This document shows, in pieces, positions 56,136 to 64,000 of a stretch of 64,000 nt of DNA. The translations under genes and the position numbers were made by a program. How positions within the stretch are numbered: position 1 is the first letter of the stretch; each line of letters begins with the position of its first letter. The DNA is from Octopus vulgaris (taxonomy: Eukaryota): assembly GCA_951406725.2 (NCBI GenBank), contig OX597818.1, forward strand, positions 50,344,001 to 50,408,000. Direction: 5' to 3'. A model generated the notes under the pieces. That model searched no databases, was not told where the DNA came from, and worked only from the letters and a program-made list of their open reading frames with translations.

Positions 56136-57244
56136 GATGATATTATGAACGTTGTTCATAATTATTGAAGACGAAATAAATAGGAAGAATTAAAACTACG
56201 TCATTGTATGTTATGTTCGTTATCTCACCAATGTTGTTTCGTTAAATCAAATATATATTCACATGCTATTATGAACGATGCAGGTTAATAAAAGGATGAA
56301 AACTACATGGAAACATCCGTCCGTCCATTCTTCTCTTCCTTTCTGCCTGCATTCCTCCCTTTGAGCATCTCCTCCATAGGGTCCTGTCAGAAACAACCAT
56401 AATTAAACTTTCCTGCTAGATTCTCAAACGTGTCCAACTGAGGCTTTGAACCTTATCCAACTATCTCATTCTTGGTCTACACCTGTCTCCTGCCGATTGA
56501 TCCAACTAAAAGAACCCATCTTACGATTCATTCCTGTAACATTTTAATCGCATGTCCGTAGTACCAGGGCTGCGACTTCTCAATGTGAAGTAGTGATTCG
56601 ACCGTGAGGAACTTCCTGATCTCCGAGTTATGCCCTGTCGAGTAACGTTACTCCAGAGATCCTTTGGTAGAGTTCCAGTTCGTCTGCTTGTGTTCGCGAT
56701 CGTATTTTTACGCATTTTCATACGAAGTACATGTTAAATAAACTAAGTTTAGAAACTTACTCTAAGCTGGTATTGGGAACAAAATTAGACGTATCAGCAT
56801 CTTACGATCTCCTGTGATCTCAGATAGAGCATCATTGGATACAGGTGTAAACCATTGGGGAATAGTGGAGTTTAAAAGAATGAAAAATGAATCACCTTAG
56901 TTAATGAAATCAAAATCCCTAAAAAAATATGAATGAAATGTAACCAGGTTCAGTTCTACATAGATCCTTTATATGAAATCCAATATTGCAAAGAGTTTGT
57001 TAAACTGATGATGATTATAATTATGATGACGAAGATGGGATGGGATTTGAGAGGAATCTGACCTGCTCCCTCTAAAAGGTCAGAAGACAACACGGAAGTT
57101 TCCTATTTGGTTCATGTGCTGTTTCTTAAATTCTAAAACAATTATACTCTTTATAAGAAAAGTCCTCTGGAGGCAAAAATAAAAAGAGTTTAAAAATATG
57201 AAAATAGCAGCCAAATCTCCTTTCAATAATACCCCACCAACATT

Positions 57245-57812
57245 ATTAGTTAGTTAGTTAATTTTTGGCTCAAAAAGCAAAAAGCAAGGCCATGTAGGGG
57301 GACATGGAATTATGTACAGGGTGGTGTTCATGTAAAGAGTTCAGGCCACTTCAGGTCAAGGGAGATTTTGAACCGAGCGGTCGTCGGCATCTTCACCATC
57401 TCGTCTGGCAGCTTATTCCACGGATCCGCAACCCGGACGGAGAAAGCCCCTCTCCTTCGATTGAGATGAAATCGTCGCAGATGGAGCTTTTCGGAATGAC
57501 CCCGCAGCCGACGCTCTGGAGCAGCAATGAAGAACAGCTCTTTCGAGAGGTTACACTTTCCGCTTATGATGTTGTGAGCAAGAATGAGATCTCCATGGCG
57601 TCGTCGTTTTTCTAGAGAATAAAGGTCGAGTGTCTTCAGCCTTTCTTCATAAGAAAAATTCTTGAGACCAAGAACCATGCGGGTAGCCAGCTTCTGGACT
57701 CTTTCGAGATGCTATATGTCTTTGAGGAGATAAGGAGAAGAGGCTTGAATCCCGTACTCCAATATGGGTCTCACCAGCGTGACATAGAGCGGTAGGAATA
57801 TGGCTGCTGTGA
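57245..57812 (-). mobile_element. CR1-clade LINE 3' end with (TAAC)n tail
   Basis: YEERLKTLDLYSLEKRR..GDLI...FSVRVADPWNKLP. Confidence 0.9.
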
Positions 57813-57893
57813 ACGTCTACTTTTCCATGCTTGTATGGGTCAGATGGAATTTGTGCTGATATCATGCAATAGGCAACCTCTACCTTCTCAAAA

Positions 57894-58078
57894 GTGGTTC
57901 GTGTAACTTGTGATGAAACTTTTTCAACTAAGGACAATTTGTCATCCACAACACATATTCAAACAGCAGGAAGACCATACTACTGTGATATCTGTTGTAA
58001 AGCATTTTCTAAAAGCGGTCAGTTGTCGTTTTTCCATCCAAAGGAGAGACCATACCATTGTGTTATCTGTGGTCAGAC
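57894..58078 (+). pseudogene. Degenerate C2H2 zinc-finger array remnant
   Basis: HIQTAGRPYYCDICCKAFS...HPKERPYHCVICGQ: TGEKPY-like linkers with lost ligands. Confidence 0.7.
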
Positions 58079-58558
58079 ACTTTTTTTTACAAGTGGTCAT
58101 TTTCTTTTGCCTGGCTTATTTTTTACATTTTGGCGTTTGCTGGCTTTTTCTTGAGAACACACTCTTTGTTACGGGGCCGCAAACACTCCACCATTGGTTG
58201 TCAAGCTATGAAGGGAGGGCATAGACACACAAACATACATACATACATACATACATACATACATACATACATACACACACACACATGTGTGTGTATATAT
58301 ATATATATTCAGATTCAAAATGTGACCGTGTGTGTACCGTTGGCGATTTTTTTCCACCGCCTTCCCTTCTGTGGATCTTTCCTTTACCTATGTTTCTGAC
58401 GAAGAGCTCCGCTCGGAACGTTAAATCCTCCTTCTTCCATTCCTTCCTGAGCGTCCAATAATACTATATTTGTTCCACGTCCTCGCGTTGTTGTGTTTTC
58501 CCTTTGTGTTTTCATGTTTGGATTAACTATATGTATATATATATATTTATACCTTAGA

Positions 58559-58689
58559 ATCTCCGAAGAGGCCTTAAGATATATATATTTGTAAATGTCT
58601 CATTCTTAACTCCATATTGGCATACTATACATGGCTAATATGGGTAAAAGGAGGCATATTTATCTGCATGGCCGAAACAGCTGTAAGAT
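58559..58689 (+). ncRNA. Hammerhead ribozyme-like motif with long stem II insert
   Basis: atct-CCGAAGA-ggcc...ggcc-GAAA-cagctg-TA-agat (core variant). Confidence 0.6.
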
Positions 58690-58895
58690 ATAGTGTATAT
58701 TTGTATTTATATCTATTTATATTTATTTATTTATATCCTCTTGTAATGATTATACCTATTGTATTGTATTACTCATTCATGTACGCTGTTTTGTTTAACC
58801 TTAATGTTCTTATGTAGTGGTTCAATAAAGTATGTGATAGGGTATTATCTGATAGTTGATTAATGATTTAGATGTATTTCTCCATTTTCTGATTT

Positions 58896-58944
<49 letters not shown>

Positions 58945-59664
58945 ATACATACATACATACATACATACATACATACATACATACATACATACATACATAC
59001 ATACATACATACATACATACATACATACAACGGGCTGTTTTCAGTTTCCGTCTACCAAATCCATTCATTTTCGGTCGGCCCAAGGATATGGTAGAAGACA
59101 CTTGCCCAAGGTTTCATGCAGTGGGACTGAGCCCGGAACCATGTAGCTGGTAAGCAAGCTACTTACCACACAGCCACTCCTGTGTGTTGTGTTCTTGAGC
59201 AAGACACTTAATTTCTTGATGCTCCGGTTGACCCAGCTACGTAAACTATTTAAAAAAATATATTTACCTTTCCGTGCACTTATATATCTATATGTGCACA
59301 TAAAGGGTAGAGACCCCTTTCGGTCATAAATGGTCATGGGATTGCTCCTAGAAATTACCCTCTGAGGCACAAGTCCGGGCAAGGTTGTTTCCTGAAGACC
59401 TGTAGTTGCCCATGCAACTCTCCATGCGACGGGTGTTATCCAAGGGAAAGGCAAAGGGTGACACAGCCTGGCACCAGTGAGATTCGAACTCATTTCTACA
59501 GCTGAGCAAACAGGAGCAACATGAAGTAAAGCTCAAGAACACAACACACAGTCCAGTCTGGGAATCGAACTCAGAACGTCATGATTGTTAACCAATTCCT
59601 CTAAATATATACGATGCATATCTATATGTTTAGATGAAAATATATAGATATGCATTAACATATA

Positions 59665-60069
59665 TCTATATATATAAAAGAAAAGTTGTGTGGTGTCTGT
59701 CTCCTACGATTTAGATTCCTAACTACTCCCACATTTTGCGGTGCAGTTTAACCAAAAGCGGGTATCTTATAGTCGTGATTCATATCGAGCCCTTCTGGGT
59801 ATTAGCGCGCGTCTTACGATGTGTCTACGATTTAAAAAAAATTTACCATAATTTTTTCCATTTTTAATGCATTATTTTTGCTATTATATAAGGGAAGTAA
59901 CTCTCTAAAAATGTCTACGATGAGACTACGATTTAAAAAAAATTTACCATCATTTTTTTTCCATTTTTAATGCATTTTTTTTGCTATTATATAAGGGAAG
60001 TAACTCTCTAAAAATGCTTATATAGTTAATTCCCTTACAAACCCGAGCAACGCCGGGCGATACTGCTAG
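59665..60069 (+). mobile_element. Non-autonomous Helitron
   Basis: 5' TCTATATATATAAAAG, 3' hairpin cccgagcaacgccggg + CTAG, inserted between A and T; internal ~100-bp tandem duplication. Confidence 0.85.
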
Positions 60070-62191
60070 TTTGTATATAGAAATATTTGTAGGAGTGTAT
60101 AGTCTGTCTGTCTCCCTGTCCGCGTGTCTGTCTGTATGTGTGTGTGTGTGTATGTGTGTGTGTGTGTGTGTGTGTATGTGTGTGTGTGTGTGTTAAATAA
60201 AATGAGACGACAAATCCAAGGCAGTGTGGAATTTCTAGAGCATTCAAGAAGCGAAATGTAGTCTTACAGTTGTTTCAGGGATATAAAGGATATCAGAGAC
60301 GATATGCGAGAGTTAAATAGAAGGAAATAGTAGAGTTGTGAGTGTGTCTTTGTGTCTGTGTTTGTATCCTCGCCATCGCTTGACAACCGATGCTAGTGTG
60401 TTTATGTCGCCGTAACTTAGAGGTTTGGCACAAAAAGCCCGATAACGAGAGTACTAGATTTAAAAAAGATTAACTTCTGGGGTGGGTCAATTTCTTCGAC
60501 TATAACCATGAAACTGACCCTTATCGTACCCTAACGAGTGTGCACTGTAAAAGCATCGTTACGTCGATGCAGCGGGACCTCTGTATTTAAGTAGTGCCAT
60601 AAACCCAACCTTACTGCGGTGCTCCAGAATGGCCGCAGTAAAATGACTGAAACAAGTAAAAAAAAAATAAAAGGATACGAATCAAATCAATGAAATATCA
60701 GGAATGCAAACGTCTTAATTAAATTTAATTAACAAGACACAGTACCTGAACTAGTCACAGCTCACCGAGTCTTCTATTTCTCTTAGCTTCAAATAATAAA
60801 AGACTCGTATTTATATAAGCGTGGAGGAACATGGTCTAGTGGTTAGAGCAGCGAACTCGCGGTCGAGGGATCGCGGGTTCGAATCTCAGACCGGGCGATG
60901 TGTGTGTGTTTATGAGCGAAACCCCTAAGCTCCACGCATCTCCGGCAGATGGTAATGGCGAACTTCTGCTGACTCTTTCGCCACAACTTTCTCTCACTCT
61001 TTCTTCATGCATCTTGCAGCTCACCTGCGACGGACCGGCGCTCCGTCCAGGTGGGGAACCTATATGCCAAGAAAACCAGGAAACCGGCCATTATGAGCCA
61101 GGCGTGGCTCGAGAAGAAACAAACAACAACAAACATTTATAGAAGCACTCGATCTTCTCCGTCCCTTCGTAATTCCATATAAAGGGAAACAACTCTAAAG
61201 ATACTTCTGAGCAGTTCCATTACCACCTGCCATAACAATTACATAGAAAATGATAAATTTATATTCATATTCAATTTGTTTCATTAAAACTTCCAACACT
61301 AACTCTTTGTTATCCCTTTTTCTACAAGCATCTGTGGTTTCTGCTTTAGTCACCAGCATAGCATTGCAGCTAAGCTGAGCAACGAGACACCTCAACGCTT
61401 TTCGCTCGGCCTCGTAGAAATAGCAGTCAAATCTTCTAGCCACACCTTTCTGTGAGATATGGTTGTAGTAAATACGTTTGTGGTCACAGATGGAATGTAT
61501 TTTGATCTGAATTGACTTAAGCTATACAACAGCAACGTAGTGCGTGCAGAAAGGCTGGGTGAAAAGAAGTTGTGTGGTTAAGAGGTTTGTTTCATAAGTA
61601 TATGATTTTGGGTTCAATCCCACTGCACGACACTTTGTTGTTGGATGACCAATATGTTGTGACATCAATGCTGTAGACACAAAACTGAGCAGTGCAGAAG
61701 CTCATCGAATACACAATATCCGGTTTCGAGATGCATAAACAGAACCTTCCCTATGGCATTCCACGATTACACACCAAGCTCCGTGTTTAAGATGAAAAAC
61801 AATGCCGCGACCAAAAAGGTTGGGTTTATGGCACTACTTAAATACAGAGGTCCCGCTGCATCGACGTAACGATGCTTTTACAGTGCACACTCGTTAGGGT
61901 TACGATAAGGGTCAGTTTCATGGTTATTGTTAGGGTTTAGAGTTAGGGTTTAGGGTTTAGAGTTTAGGATTAATTGTAGGATTAGTGTTACATGAGGACC
62001 TCCCTATTTAAGTAGTAACGAGTTTATTTCAGATATTCTCTGTTTAGTAATCATCTCCGGCTGATCGTTGGCGGAGGTTTGCGCTCTCTGAGTGCTCTTA
62101 TTGTTTCTAAATATCCTGTTTGACAAACAAGCTGGCTTTTGTTTAACCCTCTCTTCACCCCTCTCTCCACGGTGCGTATATCTGTGTGTGA

Positions 62192-62242
<51 letters not shown>

Positions 62243-62449
62243 TATATATATATATATGTATGTATGTATGTTCGCTCAACATCAATAGCCAACAGCAACA
62301 GCAGCAGCAACAACAACAAAATCAAGGTCACAAGGCCATCCATCCTCACCTCCACTAATATCTCCGCCGTCAACACCGACACTACCACCACGGCGGTTTC
62401 TGCCTCTACTACAGCTGCTTTCTCTGCTACCGACACCACCACCACCACC

Positions 62450-62496
<47 letters not shown>

Positions 62497-62559
62497 AACC
62501 AAGGTCGCCAGACCATCCACCATCACCGCCACCAAAGACTCTTAACTGAAGAAGGTTCA

Positions 62560-64000
62560 AATCTACGCCTGAATATACCTCAACACATCATAGACACCAC
62601 TCAAAAGACAACAATATTATACAAAATTTTAAACGTAAAAATACGCAGATCAGAGCAAGCACCACCAGAACTCATTGAAAAATGTTTACGCCCGATATGG
62701 GCATGTAAAAACTATGTAAATTGGTGGAACAAATATGTCACAGTACAGGTTCGCTTCGATAGCGAAGAAAAAGCGAAAGAACTTTCGACGCTCACCCTAC
62801 AGTCGGAAAAACTGATTTTAATTCCGACCTACATTGGTCAACGTCTGACAAAATTTTCGATAAAAAATATCCCTCCAGAAGTAGAGTCACAATGGCTGTT
62901 GTCAGCCATTTGCTACAACATGGAGGAGAACATAAATATTTTGAATTTGCCGCCTTGGAGCAACAGAATTGGTCGGGGAAAATGATTCAGTTATTGATGC
63001 AAATAGATCAAAACCAAATCAGTAGCATTCCACACCAAATTGAGCTGCCAGACGGCAATAACCTTCACGTGGTGGTAGACGGTAGGAGGCCCCGCTGTTA
63101 CTTGTGTAGCGAGGAACACCTAAGAAGTGATTGCCCAACAGCAAAAAATAAAACAACAAAATCCAGAACAACAACAACCACAACAAAGAAAAAGGGAAAA
63201 GAAAAAAGAACCCTTACTACCCACACCACTATCAACACAGAAGACAAGCAAAGGGAGTACAACAAAAGAAACACAAACAAAACACGCCAACGCCAACAAA
63301 TGAACATATACCAACACCCGGAAAAAACACCAACAACAACTAAAGAAACTGAAAAACCAGAAGAAAACATAAAAACTTACACCCCAACCCCTTGATCACA
63401 TACAACACACAGAAACAGCCAACAACCAGCACCAACGAAAACAGCAACACAACCACTTACACAAACTACCATAGAAGCCCACAACATGCCCCTACCTCCG
63501 TCCGATTCCTCAGAAATTTCGTCGGAGGACGAAACCAGCGAAGAATGGCAAAAGGCCAGAAAAGGAAGGAGGAAAAGGAGCAGAAAAACAACCAAACCAA
63601 ATGCTAACACTAACAAAGCAGGGGGATATACATTTCCCGAAGACATTTCGAAACCCACCACAAACAACAACAACAACACCAATACCGCAAAAATATATAC
63701 AGCAAACATGCTCACAGCTATAGACACTAAAAACACAAATTTGATTGAATACATCAAATGAAAAACAAACATAGCAGAAGATGACATAAAAACAATCACC
63801 CATACACAACACCACCGGAGCACATCAAAATACTACACATATCCAGAAGTCTACACCACACACTAAAATGCATTTTCCCCAGTGCGGTTGGTAAATGCCA
63901 AAAATACCTCACGAAGAAACTTTACTGGAATTTCCTCGACGACAAACCAAAGGAGGAGAAAGCAAAAACTTTCGAGCAGTTAGTAACCCTCTGTTCCTTT
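62560..64000 (+). mobile_element. L1/Tx1-like ORF1 (gag-like, zinc knuckle), frameshifted
   Basis: RRM-like region (TVQVRFDSEEKA...IKNIPPE), then RPRCYLCSEEHLRSDCP CCHC knuckle and EEWQKARKGRRKR low-complexity tail. Confidence 0.7.

Noticed and set aside
61930-61975. TTAGGG-like repeats as a telomere
   Set aside because: Short, degenerate and interstitial.

Overview
AT-rich, microsatellite- and SINE-dense animal genomic DNA; the repeat families look most like an octopus or other coleoid cephalopod (recognition, not a search). Most ORFs in the supplied track are simple-repeat artefacts. The window is dominated by a segmental duplication (copy A 1-26059, copy B ~32174-54523) whose right breakpoint lies at a mariner terminal repeat. 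Each copy carries a minus-strand, multi-exon type I membrane receptor gene that the ORF track largely misses. I reconstructed it by hand from splice sites and phases: a Cys-rich chitin-binding-type-2-like exon, a Thr-rich stalk plus TM exon, and two cytoplasmic exons. Copy A has an intact tail with YVN, YEEI and a canonical ITAM (YEVL-x7-YNKL). Copy B has a near-identical ectodomain/TM but a rewired tail (two YEN motifs, a stop inside the ITAM) and a +1 nt shift in the Cys exon. Divergence between the copies is concentrated on the cytoplasmic exons, which resembles paired immune receptors. The 5' (signal peptide) exon is unresolved. The window also holds more than a dozen hammerhead-ribozyme-like motifs in Penelope-type fragments, often as fold-back pairs inside (TA)n arrays. 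Other repeats include Penelope, RTE, CR1, Tx1/L1, R4/Dong, Tc1, mariner, pogo, hAT and Helitron remnants.
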